Source: an uncultured Bacteroidota bacterium
GTDB taxonomy: Bacteria > Bacteroidota > Bacteroidia > Chitinophagales > LD1
Length of the DNA: 64,000 nucleotides
NCBI GenBank assembly: GCA_903861145.1
Contig: CAIOTH010000134.1
Span: 12,969 to 76,968, forward strand
Direction of reading: 5' to 3'
Positions 18,840-28,643 of this stretch are shown here, piece after piece. Each line of letters opens with the position of its first letter. Within the stretch, counting starts at the first letter, position 1. Below the pieces are notes generated by a model. That model searched no databases. It was not told the origin of the DNA and worked only from the letters and a program-made list of their open reading frames with translations. A program made the position numbers and the translations under genes.

Positions 18840-20252
18840 CTAAGCTGCTTTGTAAATAAGGGTTGGTTGTTCAACCTGCATTTCGGATACTTTTACAACA
18901 GGTATACTAACCAGTGCCTTAGGCAGAGTAAAATAGAATGTGGTGCCTTTACCCGCTTCGCTTTCGTACCAAATTTCGCCGTGGTAATAATTAACTACCT
19001 TTTTGCTGATGGCCAGGCCTATGCCGGTGCCCTCAAATTTTTCCTGGGTATGTAAGCGCTTAAACATTTGGAATAGCTTACTCTCAAAACCGGGGGCAAT
19101 ACCAATGCCGTTATCGGTTACACTAAATCTTACCATGTCGGCTTCTTCGGTAAAATCAATCCTTACTTCGCGATTGGCATTTTCATTAAACTTAATTCCG
19201 TTAGCCACCAGGTTTTGAAACACATGGTGCAGCATGCTTGAGTGCACACCCTTTAGTACCGGAAGTTCGTGCTCAATAATAACTTCAACATTGGTTTCCT
19301 TTATCTTACTGTTCAGTTCCATTCTTATAGTCCGTATCATTTCATTCAGGTCAACCGTAGATGCCGGCGAAAGGTTTCTATCAACCCGGCAATAAGATAG
19401 CATATCATCAATTTGCTTAGCCAACCTATCTGAACATGTTTTTGACATAGTGGTTAATTCAAGCGCATCAGGTGGCAACACTTTGGTATACCGCGTAGAA
19501 AGCATAGCCATAAAGCTGCTTATGTTTCTAACCGGTGCCTTTAAATCGTGCGAGATGATATAGGCAAATTGCTCAAGGTCGTGGTTACTGCGTTTTAATT
19601 CGGCGGCTTGTAATTCAAGCTTGATGTTGCATTCGGCCAGTTCGGTTTCGCTGTTATGGTTGTAGTAAGCCAGAATGTAAATGGCAAGCCCAAATAGTAC
19701 AAACTTCATCCAAACATTAATATCATAAATGTACATTTGGTCGGCTATGCTTAGGTTGTAAGCTGTAAAGTGAGGATACAGCACCTGAAAAATGTTGTAC
19801 GAAAATATTGCCATAAAAACTCCGGCAACAATGTTTTTATAATCCTTAACCCTGAAAAGAAGAAAAGGCAGTACATAGGTAAAATAGAAGAAATCGTGCA
19901 CCCGGCTTTCAAACCCGATTAAGCAGGCATTAGCAATTACAAAAACGTTTACCACGGCCATATAGGTTTGGCGAGCAACGCCATGGTTGCCGGTGTAATT
20001 GAGCCACAAAACGGCTAAAACACAAACTAAATCAACCAGCTGAAGCCCGGCTAAAATGAAATTTCCTTTAAGAATTGAAAAAGGTATGTAGCTAACTATG
20101 ACTACTGCCGTTAGCGCTGCTACAACATTAGCAAAGCGCACATAGCGCCTTTCTTCACCGGCTACCTCATCGTTAACGCCTACGTTAATAAGGCACGACC
20201 AAAAATTTTTGAGATAAGTGATAACTCCCTGGGTAAAATTTTCCATAAACAA
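18840..20252 (-). CDS. membrane sensor histidine kinase (multi-TM N-terminal domain)
   Basis: About 6 TM helices, a coiled coil, the HisKA H-box ISHDLKAPVRNI, and HATPase_c N/G boxes (NLVANGIKF, DNGIGI, GTGIGLAI). No response regulator is adjacent. Confidence 0.9.
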   Translation of the reverse strand: MFMENFTQGVITYLKNFWSCLINVGVNDEVAGEERRYVRFANVVAALTAVVIVSYIPFSILKGNFILAGLQLVDLVCVLAVLWLNYTGNHGVARQTYMAVVNVFVIANACLIGFESRVHDFFYFTYVLPFLLFRVKDYKNIVAGVFMAIFSYNIFQVLYPHFTAYNLSIADQMYIYDINVWMKFVLFGLAIYILAYYNHNSETELAECNIKLELQAAELKRSNHDLEQFAYIISHDLKAPVRNISSFMAMLSTRYTKVLPPDALELTTMSKTCSDRLAKQIDDMLSYCRVDRNLSPASTVDLNEMIRTIRMELNSKIKETNVEVIIEHELPVLKGVHSSMLHHVFQNLVANGIKFNENANREVRIDFTEEADMVRFSVTDNGIGIAPGFESKLFQMFKRLHTQEKFEGTGIGLAISKKVVNYYHGEIWYESEAGKGTTFYFTLPKALVSIPVVKVSEMQVEQPTLIYKAA

Positions 20253-20443
20253 TAGCTTTTGTTATCGTGTTTAACCAAGCCAGGGAAATTTGGAAAACAC
20301 TTATTCTGCATTGTTATATACGGCACGTTTAAAAAATCGGTTCACAATCCTTTTACTACTGTAAAAAGCGTGCATTGTATTGATAGCAATACACTTGTAT
20401 TTGGCCGTTTTTTCGTGTTAAAATTTGAAAGGGCACCAATTAG

Positions 20444-21340
20444 CTAGCGGTTTATAACCACATAGTTGTTGTACGTTTTGCCATTAGATAGGCTGAGAAT
20501 ATAAAAATAAGTGCCATCGGGCAGCGGATGGTGGCTGTCGCTATCGGTTCCGTCCCAATTATTGAGGTAGTTGGCGTTGGTATAAACCGAGGTTCCGTAG
20601 CGGTTAAAAACATTAATGCTGGCGGGGCTAAAATATTCGAGGCCCGGAAACACCAAAAAATCATTCTTCCCGTCGCCATTCGGCGAGAAGCCCTGGGGCA
20701 AAAAAATACTATCGGGGCACGTAACGTTAATGGTAATAAGGGCAGTATCGCACTTAACAATGTTGCAGACAACATAGGCAAAAACCTCGCTGCCACAGGT
20801 TAAGGGCATGTGCGTAAACGTTACTGACTGCGAGCCGGAATCAACAGTAAGCGTTCCCAAATTGGTGGTAGTATCTATGTTCAAAATTGTGGAAACAAAC
20901 AGAGTGTCGTTACCGGGGTCGGTAGCTCCATCTAAAACGGGCAAAAAGCCCTGCAATACATTATCGCCAAAGGTGTAGCTATGGTTTATAATCACCGGGG
21001 GCAGGTTATCGCCCCTAATCTTTACATAAACCTCGGCGGTCGAGCTAAGGTTGCTGGTATCGGTAATGCGGTATTTAAATGAGTCAACCCCGAAAAAATC
21101 GGGTTGTGGAGTGTAAAGAATATTAAGCCCGTTTACCGAGGCCGTGCCGCTAATTGGGGTAGTGATTACATTAAGGGTAAGCACGCCGCCTGTGGGATTT
21201 AAATCGTTGGCTGTAACTGCTATATTAACCTGAGAGTTTTCCTGAACGCTGGCACTATCGTTATTTGCCACAGGGCCCGATGCGCGAACCAAAAGCCCGC
21301 TAAGCATCAAAACCAAACAAACTGAAAATTGCCGCATCAT
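20444..21340 (-). CDS. Ig-like/cadherin-like repeat protein with T9SS type B (gliding-motility-associated) C-terminal domain
   Basis: PVANNDSASVQENSQVNIAVTANDL (tandem-95/VCBS-like) and C-terminal PQGFSPNGDGKNDFLVFPGLEYF...VFNRYGTSVY...WDG...LPDGTYFYIL. Confidence 0.85.
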   Translation of the reverse strand: MMRQFSVCLVLMLSGLLVRASGPVANNDSASVQENSQVNIAVTANDLNPTGGVLTLNVITTPISGTASVNGLNILYTPQPDFFGVDSFKYRITDTSNLSSTAEVYVKIRGDNLPPVIINHSYTFGDNVLQGFLPVLDGATDPGNDTLFVSTILNIDTTTNLGTLTVDSGSQSVTFTHMPLTCGSEVFAYVVCNIVKCDTALITINVTCPDSIFLPQGFSPNGDGKNDFLVFPGLEYFSPASINVFNRYGTSVYTNANYLNNWDGTDSDSHHPLPDGTYFYILSLSNGKTYNNYVVINR

Positions 21341-21360
21341 AATACCATGGGTGCTGTAAA

Positions 21361-22344
21361 TTAAACCGCCTTGCTTCCCCGCATAAACTCCCCAACTTTC
21401 TCAACTAAATTCTTCGAACCTATATAAATAGCCGACCGCTCATGAAAACCCGTTGGCTGCAAATCTAATATGCGCTCGTTGCCGTCTGTGGCCTCACCGC
21501 CTGCCTGTTCGGTAACAAACGACATGGGGATGCATTCATATAGTAACCTTAACTTCCCCTTTGTTTCGCCCTTATTGGCAGGGTAAATAAAAATGCCCCC
21601 TTTCAATAAATTACGGTGTATATCACCAATCATCGATCCTATATAACGCAACGAGTAAGGCCTTGAACTTTCTTTATCAACGGTTGAACAGTGTGCTAAA
21701 AAGTCTTTCAAGCCATCATCAAATTTCTCGATGTTGCCCTGGTTAATAGAGTATATTTTACCCTTGGCTGGTATGTGTATGTGGGGATGCGATAAATAAA
21801 ATTCATTGTCTTTGGTGTTTAAAGTAAAGGCGTTTACACCTTTGCCTACAGTTAATACCAGTATGGTTGAACTACCATAAATAAAATACCCCGCAGCTTT
21901 GGCGTTTTTGCCCTTTTGCAAAAAGTCGGCTTCAACAACATCACCACCTTTTAAACTAATCCTTTCGTTAATGCAAAAAATAGTGCCTATAGGGGCTGCT
22001 ACCTCAATGTTCGATGAGCCATCAAGCGGGTCGGCGGCAACGGTGTAAGTTCCATTCACATTAATCGTCTCCAGGTGTTCATTCTCTTCGCTTACGTAAC
22101 CCGCGCAGGTTTCGCTGCTTCTCAGGTAATCCATCAAAATCTTGTTGGTCAGGTCGTCCAGCTTCTGCACTTCCTCGCCTTGTACGTTGGTAGTATCGTG
22201 CGAGCCAAGTACATCCAACAGGCCGGCATTATTAACCATGTGCGAAATAACCTTGCAGCCATCAGCCATACCCTCCAGCAACTTAGCCAGCTTAACGTTG
22301 GTGGCGCCTGCCAGGTAATCATTAAACTTCATTCCCTTTGTCAT
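21361..22344 (-). CDS. fbp: class 1 fructose-1,6-bisphosphatase
   Basis: Conserved blocks DPLDGSSNI, GSSTILV, YSINQGN, SLRYIGSMIGDIHRNLLKGGIF.YP and GKLRLLYECIPMSF. Start trimmed to the ATG at 22344 because a TAGGTTTG -7 box lies at 22371-22378, inside the track ORF extension. Confidence 0.92.
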   Translation of the reverse strand: MTKGMKFNDYLAGATNVKLAKLLEGMADGCKVISHMVNNAGLLDVLGSHDTTNVQGEEVQKLDDLTNKILMDYLRSSETCAGYVSEENEHLETINVNGTYTVAADPLDGSSNIEVAAPIGTIFCINERISLKGGDVVEADFLQKGKNAKAAGYFIYGSSTILVLTVGKGVNAFTLNTKDNEFYLSHPHIHIPAKGKIYSINQGNIEKFDDGLKDFLAHCSTVDKESSRPYSLRYIGSMIGDIHRNLLKGGIFIYPANKGETKGKLRLLYECIPMSFVTEQAGGEATDGNERILDLQPTGFHERSAIYIGSKNLVEKVGEFMRGSKAV

Positions 22345-22370
22345 AATAGTAAACAGTTTCTCAATTCGGG

Positions 22371-22378
22371 CAAACCTA
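22371..22378 (-). promoter_or_regulatory. -7 box TAGGTTTG (fbp)
   Basis: Exact TAnnTTTG on the minus strand, 27 nt upstream of the fbp ATG at 22344. Confidence 0.5.
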
Positions 22379-22586
22379 CATGATTCGAGGCTGAAAGACA
22401 AGCGCAAAATGAAACAGCGCTCTGCTAGGCGCTCTAACTACCTAGTATAGCCTCAACAAATTAGCTAAAGACGCAAGGCATCGCATCTCTACACTAAGAC
22501 TTTGGGTTGCAATTGGTAACCTCAAAATAGCCACTGTCTGAGCTGTAATTCCGGCGACCAAAGGATGGCCTGCCCGATTAAATCAA

Positions 22587-23984
22587 CTAATAACGCCTAA
22601 CCGCCCTAACCTTGTAACCTGAGTACTTACGAGCAGGATTATCGGTACCAGACCCAAAATCTCTTATCACCGCTTCGGTGCTATTAAATTCGGTCGAACT
22701 CCAATAAAAGTCTTCTGCAATACCCGATAGCCTGAACTTAAAGCCATTTGCATTGCCTATAATATTATTAACAATCATAGCCGCACTATAACATTGTTGA
22801 AGCTCCCATATAGCTGGCAAATACCAATCGTTATAACCACCGCCCGAATAGTTGATACAAAGTAAAGCGGCGCTTGAGGTTTGGCCAAATTGCCAAAAAA
22901 TAGATGCCGTGTTACCAATTCCATTACTCCAATCCTGAGCATTTGCACCAATCGCATTAGTTGTTACATTGCTCCATGGTACGCTATCAGCAATATCAGT
23001 TAAAGAAGCTATCAGACCATGTTCAACACCTCCACCATCTATCCAAACCGAAACTACAATACCACCACCCCAAAGCTGGCCAATATAATGGCTAAAAGCA
23101 CCTGTACCGGTTGGCCCTGTTGCACCTATTCCATCTGTACCGGATGCTCCGTCTGCACCTGTTGCTCCGGTAATACCATCAATCCCATCATTTCCGGTAG
23201 GGCCGGTAATACCCATGGCACCGTTATTACCGGTTAAGCCGTTGGGGCCGACGTTACCGGTTAAGCCGGTTATACCCGTTTCGCCAGTTGCTCCTGTATT
23301 GCCATCTGCTCCGGCGTTCCCTACCGGCCCTGTATTACCCTGAATTCCCTGTGGCCCATTGGAGCCGGTTGCACCATCTAAACCTGTCACTCCCGTAGTA
23401 CCGGTAGGCCCCGTGTATCCAATAATACCCTGTTGGCCTGTAACCCCTGGGGTGCCTTGCTGCCCGGTTGGCCCCATAGCCCCGGTTAAGCCTGCCGCAC
23501 CTGTTGGCCCGGTAACACCGCTCAAACCAGGTTGACCGGCAACACCGGTTGCGCCTGTTGTACCCTGCAAGCCTGTAGCTCCAATAGGGCCTGCTGTACT
23601 GTTACCCGAAAAAAGAGCATAGGGCACACTTAGCAATTGCGAGGTTCCCATATTGGTAAAGTTATTTCCACCGGTGGGGTCAAGCTCTACCTCCAAATAC
23701 TTAACTCCGCTTGACCAATTAACCACACCCAGGCTATTTATAGCACCTATTTTAACGCTTACCAAACCAAATTGATTGGCAGTGTCCGTTTGTATTTCGG
23801 TAAATACAACGTTCCCTGTTTCCGACCCATCGTGAATAATAAACCGGAGGGCGACTACTGCGCCATTAATTACCGGTTGGCCATTGACATTACGTACCAC
23901 CGCCTGGTAGTTGATTAGTTGAGGTGCCTGCGCACAAAGGGTTGTAATAGCCAGAATAAGAAAGAATGAAAATATGGCCCGCAT
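22587..23984 (-). CDS. collagen-like triple-helix repeat protein with C-terminal DUF1566 (Lcl C-terminal)-like domain
   Basis: Signal peptide, ~110-aa N-domain, 51 uninterrupted G-X-Y triplets (mostly G-X-T) plus 3 more after a GI break, then a C-terminal domain with [14 protein letters not shown]...FYWSSTE...YKVRAVRRY. Confidence 0.85.
   Translation of the reverse strand: MRAIFSFFLILAITTLCAQAPQLINYQAVVRNVNGQPVINGAVVALRFIIHDGSETGNVVFTEIQTDTANQFGLVSVKIGAINSLGVVNWSSGVKYLEVELDPTGGNNFTNMGTSQLLSVPYALFSGNSTAGPIGATGLQGTTGATGVAGQPGLSGVTGPTGAAGLTGAMGPTGQQGTPGVTGQQGIIGYTGPTGTTGVTGLDGATGSNGPQGIQGNTGPVGNAGADGNTGATGETGITGLTGNVGPNGLTGNNGAMGITGPTGNDGIDGITGATGADGASGTDGIGATGPTGTGAFSHYIGQLWGGGIVVSVWIDGGGVEHGLIASLTDIADSVPWSNVTTNAIGANAQDWSNGIGNTASIFWQFGQTSSAALLCINYSGGGYNDWYLPAIWELQQCYSAAMIVNNIIGNANGFKFRLSGIAEDFYWSSTEFNSTEAVIRDFGSGTDNPARKYSGYKVRAVRRY
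23097..23591 (-). repeat. collagen-like G-X-Y triplet tract (coding)
   Basis: 51 consecutive GXY triplets ([12 protein letters not shown] ... GAS GTD) plus 3 more after a two-residue break. Coordinates were derived from residue numbers, with an uncertainty of a few bases either way. Confidence 0.85.
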
Positions 23985-24111
23985 ATTTGCTTATTTATCA
24001 AACCAATTTATCGAAAAGAAACGTCCAGCTTAACCCTATTGACAAATTTACAAAAAATTAAAATACGTTGTCCTAAAACCTACCCCCTCTTTTAAAATCC
24101 CCCTCTCTGAA

Positions 24112-24119
24112 TATCTTTG
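24112..24119 (+). promoter_or_regulatory. -7 box TATCTTTG (GNAT-lysC unit)
   Basis: Exact TAnnTTTG, 21 nt upstream of the ATG at 24140. Confidence 0.5.
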
Positions 24120-24139
24120 CGCCTCATTAAATTTAAAAA

Positions 24140-24625
24140 ATGAGTTTTATTATACGGCACGGCGATGAAAAGGACATACACGGTATGTTCAAACTGGTAA
24201 AAGAACTGGCCGAATTTGAGCGCGCCCCTGAAGCCGTAGTGAATACCGAAAAAATGCTGCGCGAAGACGGCTTTGGTAAGCACTCTATTTACAATGTATT
24301 TATTGCTGAGGAAGTTGCCACAGGCGATGTAATAGGCATGGGGCTATACTACACTGCCTACTCAACCTGGAAAGGGAAAATTGTTTACCTGGATGACCTG
24401 ATAGTAACCGAGCGTTTTAGAAAATACGGCATCGGCCAAAAGTTGTTAGATGAGGTATTAAAAGCGGCACACGAAAGAGGGGTAAACCAAATACGCTGGC
24501 AGGTACTGGATTGGAATACGCCGGCCATTAACTTTTACCAAAAGCTGGGTGCCGATTTAGACGCTACCTGGATTGACTGTAAAATGAGTAAAGAGCAGAT
24601 AGAAAATTACATTAATAAGCTATAA
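24140..24625 (+). CDS. GNAT-family N-acetyltransferase (diamine/spermidine acetyltransferase-like)
   Basis: 161 aa. LVKELAEFERAPE, RKYGIGQKLL (acetyl-CoA P-loop-like Q/RxxGxG/A) and AINFYQKLGA. Confidence 0.85.
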   Translation: MSFIIRHGDEKDIHGMFKLVKELAEFERAPEAVVNTEKMLREDGFGKHSIYNVFIAEEVATGDVIGMGLYYTAYSTWKGKIVYLDDLIVTERFRKYGIGQKLLDEVLKAAHERGVNQIRWQVLDWNTPAINFYQKLGADLDATWIDCKMSKEQIENYINKL

Positions 24626-24634
24626 GCACACAGT

Positions 24635-25900
24635 ATGCAAGTATACAAATTTGGAGGGGCCTCGGTAAAGGATGCCGATGCGGTTAAAAATGTAACAACC
24701 ATTTTAAAAGAAAACAGCACGAACGAAAAGGTAGTGGTTATCTCCGCAATGGGCAAAAGCACCAACGAGTTAGAGAACGTGGTAAACCTATACTATGCCA
24801 ACAACGCCGCTTGGGAAAATGCTTTGGACGGGCTTTTTGATAAGCATGTAGCTATCATGAAAAACCTTTACACCAACGGTAGCTTTAACCAGGCTGTTGA
24901 AGATGTAAAGAAGCTGATTGAAAGCGGCCGAGAGTTTTTAAAACATAATAACTCGCGCAACTACAATTACATATACGACCAAATAGTTTCGTTGGGCGAG
25001 TATATTTCAACCACAATAGTAAGCGACTATGCCAACTCTATAGGACTGAAGAATACATTGCTTGACGTTAAACAGGTTTTGTTTACCGACAATGCTTATA
25101 CCGAAGGCAAGGTTGAATTCAAAAAAACCGAAGAGGCTATTGCCAAAAAAGTAGCCGAGTTGGTTAAAACAGGCTTTGTAATTACCCAGGGCTTTGTAGG
25201 AAGCACGCCTGAAGGTTTTGCAACTACATTAGGCAGAGAGGGTTCTGATTACACCGCCTCTATATTTGCCTACTCGCTTAACGCCGAACGTATGACCGTT
25301 TGGAAAGACGTGGAGGGTATAATGAATACCGACCCTAAGGAGTTTCCTGACGCGCAGTTTTTAAGTGAAATAACTTACCATGAGGCCATTGAAATGACTT
25401 ACTACGGAGCCAGCGTTATACACCCAAAAACCATTAAGCCTATTCAGAATAAAAATATACCGTTAGAGGTGCGCAGCTTTGTTAACTACAGCAAGCGCGG
25501 TTCGGTTATTTCGGCCAATGCCAATACCAGCTTTTTGCCGCCAATTATTATTTGGAAACGCGGACAGGTGCTCCTCTCCTTTTCGGCAAAAGACTTTTCG
25601 TTTATTGCCGAGGACCACTTAAGCAAAGTGTTTGCCACTTTTGCCGAAAACCGCTTGCGCATTAACATGATGCAGAATGCTGCCATTAGCTTCTCAATCG
25701 CCGTTGATTTTAAAAAGGAAAAGATTGATAACATTGTTGAGCAACTGCACAACGAATTTTCGATCACCCGCAACGAAAATCTTTCGCTCCTTACTATTCG
25801 CCACTATAACCAGGGCATTATTGACAAGCTAACGCAAAATAAAGATGTGCTGCTGCGCCAAATATCGCGCACAACCATACAGCTGTTGGTGAGAGAATAA
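24635..25900 (+). CDS. lysC: aspartate kinase
   Basis: MQVYKFGGASV N-terminus, GREGSDYTA, DVEGIMNTDP, and a C-terminal ACT-like region. 421 aa. Confidence 0.9.
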   Translation: MQVYKFGGASVKDADAVKNVTTILKENSTNEKVVVISAMGKSTNELENVVNLYYANNAAWENALDGLFDKHVAIMKNLYTNGSFNQAVEDVKKLIESGREFLKHNNSRNYNYIYDQIVSLGEYISTTIVSDYANSIGLKNTLLDVKQVLFTDNAYTEGKVEFKKTEEAIAKKVAELVKTGFVITQGFVGSTPEGFATTLGREGSDYTASIFAYSLNAERMTVWKDVEGIMNTDPKEFPDAQFLSEITYHEAIEMTYYGASVIHPKTIKPIQNKNIPLEVRSFVNYSKRGSVISANANTSFLPPIIIWKRGQVLLSFSAKDFSFIAEDHLSKVFATFAENRLRINMMQNAAISFSIAVDFKKEKIDNIVEQLHNEFSITRNENLSLLTIRHYNQGIIDKLTQNKDVLLRQISRTTIQLLVRE

Positions 25901-25905
25901 TGGGG

Positions 25906-26667
25906 TTAACCTTTTCTCTTTGGAAAGTTAAAGAGTGCCGAAGTGATTATTGGCAGAAAAAAGATAGCCGCGGTAAGCATTGAGAAATAAAAATCAACTG
26001 ATTCTTTATTCAACTCAACGCAAACAAAATTTTCAGTAGCCAAGGTGCATGCAAACTCTGAACATAAGCGAAGGCCCAACATACCAATTATTAAAAATGC
26101 AACGGTATCTAAAAACGGAAAGCGCTCCATTAGCTTTACAAAATAACCGGCAACAATGCGCATGGTTAGTATACCAATAAACACACCCAGGTATATAAGC
26201 GCCATGTTTTTAGTAAGCGCAACCGCCGCAAAAACGTTATCTACCGAAAAGGTCATATCCATCACCTCAACCATAATAACGGTACTCCAGAAATAATTAA
26301 AACCCGGAATACTGAATTTCTTTTTGGCATTATGGTTTTCGCTACTACCCTTAAATAACTTGCGATAAAAAAACTGGCAAAACAGGTATATCAAATAAGC
26401 CCCGCCAACCAATTTAAGCCAGGCAATTTTTATGAGCCAACTGGCAAAAAGCAACGCGATACCTCTGAAAATGTAAGCAAAAATAAGTCCTATGCGCAAG
26501 GCGCGTTTGCGCTGGTTAGCAGGCAAATCGAGCACCATGGCGGCAAGCACCGCAGCATTATCAATTGAAAGCAGCCCTTCAATCAAAATGAGGTTAAGAA
26601 TAACCAGCAAAGCCGTTTTGGGATCGGGCTGAAGAAATTGTGAAAAGAAATTTGAAATAATGTCCAA
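25906..26667 (-). CDS. TerC/DUF475-family integral membrane protein
   Basis: Multi-TM protein with paired SIDNAAVLA and SVDNVFAAVA motifs. Apparent TTG start. Confidence 0.72.
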   Translation of the reverse strand: MDIISNFFSQFLQPDPKTALLVILNLILIEGLLSIDNAAVLAAMVLDLPANQRKRALRIGLIFAYIFRGIALLFASWLIKIAWLKLVGGAYLIYLFCQFFYRKLFKGSSENHNAKKKFSIPGFNYFWSTVIMVEVMDMTFSVDNVFAAVALTKNMALIYLGVFIGILTMRIVAGYFVKLMERFPFLDTVAFLIIGMLGLRLCSEFACTLATENFVCVELNKESVDFYFSMLTAAIFFLPIITSALFNFPKRKG

Positions 26668-26730
26668 CCAGGATTGTTTATTAGTTGTAAAATTACGGCA
26701 ATTTTAATTTAACCGGTTACAAATGCAATT

Positions 26731-27384
26731 ATGTTGAAATATTTTGAGCTTGTGATTTTTGATATGGACGGGGTCCTTATAGATTCTGAACCATTTTGGC
26801 GCCAGGTTGAAATTAAGGTATTTGCTACTGTAGGCCTTACCCTTACCGAAAAAGATTGTAGGGAAACCACTGGTTACCGGTTTGATGAGGTGGTGAACCA
26901 CTGGTGGCACAAACAACCATGGCAAGGTAAAACACAGCAACAAATACATGATGAGGTAATTGAAGAAATGGTAAACGCCATTACCCACCACGCCGAACCA
27001 ATCGCGGGAGTGCATGATGCCCTGGAGTTTTTTAAAAGCAAGGGTTTGCGCATTGCGCTTGCATCATCATCGGCAATGCAATTAATTAAGGCAACTGTGG
27101 TAAAACTCAATATTGAAAGTTACTTTGAATTACTGGTAAGCGCCGAACATGAACGCTACGGCAAACCCAACCCGGCAGTTTTTTTGCGCACCGCTGAAAC
27201 CCTAAAAGTGCGCCCCGAAAAATGTTTGGTTATTGAAGATTCATTTTATGGCCTGCTTGCCGCTAAATCCGCAAAAATGAGTTGCGCGGTAGTGCCCGAC
27301 CCATCCAACTTTGATAACCCCAAATTGGTAATTGCCGATTGGAAATTGAAGAACGTGCGAGAGATACCGGAACAATTTAGATAG
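26731..27384 (+). CDS. HAD-family sugar phosphatase (HxpB/YniC-like)
   Basis: FDMDGVLIDSEPFW motif I, SSS motif II, and GKPNP...IEDS motifs III/IV. Confidence 0.85.
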   Translation: MLKYFELVIFDMDGVLIDSEPFWRQVEIKVFATVGLTLTEKDCRETTGYRFDEVVNHWWHKQPWQGKTQQQIHDEVIEEMVNAITHHAEPIAGVHDALEFFKSKGLRIALASSSAMQLIKATVVKLNIESYFELLVSAEHERYGKPNPAVFLRTAETLKVRPEKCLVIEDSFYGLLAAKSAKMSCAVVPDPSNFDNPKLVIADWKLKNVREIPEQFR

Positions 27385-27398
27385 TAAAAACCAAAGCG

Positions 27399-28001
27399 AT
27401 GATGAAAACAAAAGTCCTTTATGCGATACTATTTATATTAAGCACAAGTTACGCAATAGCACAGGGAAGTGAAAAGGATACAGCTATAGTGAACTCATAT
27501 AATTATATCTCGGTGTTTTATAATTGCGTGCCTCTGCACTCCTATAAAACTTTGGGAACCGGCAGAGGATTTGGCATCAGCCTTGAGGGTTTAATAATTA
27601 CCGCACCCAAAAATTTAGACGGTTTATATGAATTATACACCGCTGCCGCCAAGGGACATTACCGAAATTGCACCGGAATAATCTTTAAAGATTTTCATTT
27701 GGGGCGCGATGTTTTTGAAGCAATTCAGACGATACATCCCGATAGTAAAGAAGATACCGCGATATTTTCTACGCCAATTTTTGTTAGCGCAAAACCAATA
27801 AGAGCTTACGATATATTAGGAAGTATAAATGGCAACATAGGTTTTTTTAAGTCCCTAAATTCAACTTTGAGGCACAAATTCCAGAAAGCAAAAAAACGGT
27901 ATCCGGCCTGCGATGGAATTATTATAGATAACATCGACTTTATATTTGGAACTTATAACGCTGTGGTAATTCGATGGAAAAAACCTGATAAGGGGATTTA
28001 A
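27399..28001 (+). CDS. secreted hypothetical protein with internal two-fold duplication
   Basis: Signal peptide ending AIAQ. Two related halves (KDTAIV...Y.TLG...C.GIIFKDF and EDTAIF...YDILG...CDGIIIDNI). Possibly YbjQ/DUF74-like, at low confidence. Confidence 0.6.
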   Translation: MMKTKVLYAILFILSTSYAIAQGSEKDTAIVNSYNYISVFYNCVPLHSYKTLGTGRGFGISLEGLIITAPKNLDGLYELYTAAAKGHYRNCTGIIFKDFHLGRDVFEAIQTIHPDSKEDTAIFSTPIFVSAKPIRAYDILGSINGNIGFFKSLNSTLRHKFQKAKKRYPACDGIIIDNIDFIFGTYNAVVIRWKKPDKGI

Positions 28002-28486
28002 ACTTCTCTTAAAAACGTAATTAAATCCTGGCTTGGGAAAGAAGTAAAACCTAATTCGCGTAGCATGGTTAAAATCTGCCCGCGATGAAAGGTTCCATGA
28101 TTAACAACATGGAATAAAATGCCTTCAACGCCATTTTTAAACTCAACACCCTTCATGTTCTTATAAACAATCTCACCGTCAAGATATGCATGGTCTTTGC
28201 CCGCAATAAAATCGGCAAATGCCTGCGAGTCGTGAATAAAAGCTTTGTAAAGCTCCTCGGTGCTACCTGCAAAATCCTGGCTGGGCCATTTTGTAGTCGG
28301 CTGGCCCTGTAAACGTAAAAGCCATATTTGCTGGGCATCCCAAACGTGCATCAAAGTCTTTCTAATAGTTGGGAAACTACTCTTCATCTCGGTATCCAAA
28401 GTATTATCATCTACGCTGGCTAAAATTTCTACTGTTTTTTGGTTTGCCCAGGTATTGTACTGCATGAATTTTTGAATGGTGAACAT
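27998..28486 (-). CDS. DinB-family protein
   Basis: YNTWANQKTVEIL, LMHVWDAQQIW and FHVVNHGTFHRGQILTMLRELG (DinB four-helix bundle His motifs). Confidence 0.8.
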   Translation of the reverse strand: MFTIQKFMQYNTWANQKTVEILASVDDNTLDTEMKSSFPTIRKTLMHVWDAQQIWLLRLQGQPTTKWPSQDFAGSTEELYKAFIHDSQAFADFIAGKDHAYLDGEIVYKNMKGVEFKNGVEGILFHVVNHGTFHRGQILTMLRELGFTSFPSQDLITFLREV

Positions 28487-28643
28487 TGATTTATCGGTTT
28501 AAAATGATTTAAACATAATTTCAAGAACAAAAAAGTGCTGTGTTTGTTAGGAGCTATCCAAAAATAGCAAAAGCCGTGAAATCAATCCATACGGTTAGAT
28601 TACTGTTTAAGGACAAAATAAACCGATAAAAAGTATTGGTAAA

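Noticed and set aside
21361-22407. 5'-extended ORF-track starts: fbp 22407, DinB 29306, PLP enzyme 29122, rnhA 31883, eamA 31822, PKD gene 37314, rpoD 46836, rpsO 49841, lolD 14601, TonB-dependent receptor 3631
   Set aside because: The extensions overlap divergent genes or contain exact TAnnTTTG promoter boxes. They also add residues upstream of canonical family N-termini or signal peptides, so internal ATGs were used.
22775-23237. ORFs 22775-22957 (-) and 23019-23237 (+) overlapping the collagen-like gene
   Set aside because: These are frame-shifted or antisense readings of the GGN-rich triplet tract and the C-domain. The 465-aa frame has a signal peptide, a GXY tract and a recognisable C-domain.
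24626-24634. Possible lysine riboswitch upstream of aspartate kinase
   Set aside because: Aspartate kinase starts 9 bp after the GNAT gene, leaving no room for a leader.
26668-26730. Possible yybP-ykoY (Mn2+) riboswitch upstream of the TerC-family gene
   Set aside because: Only 63 bp separate it from the divergent gene, which is too short for the ~100+ nt riboswitch, and no conserved riboswitch helices were evident.
26704-27015. 103-aa minus-strand ORF overlapping the HAD phosphatase gene
   Set aside because: The plus-strand frame carries all four HAD motifs, while the antisense peptide is unrecognisable.
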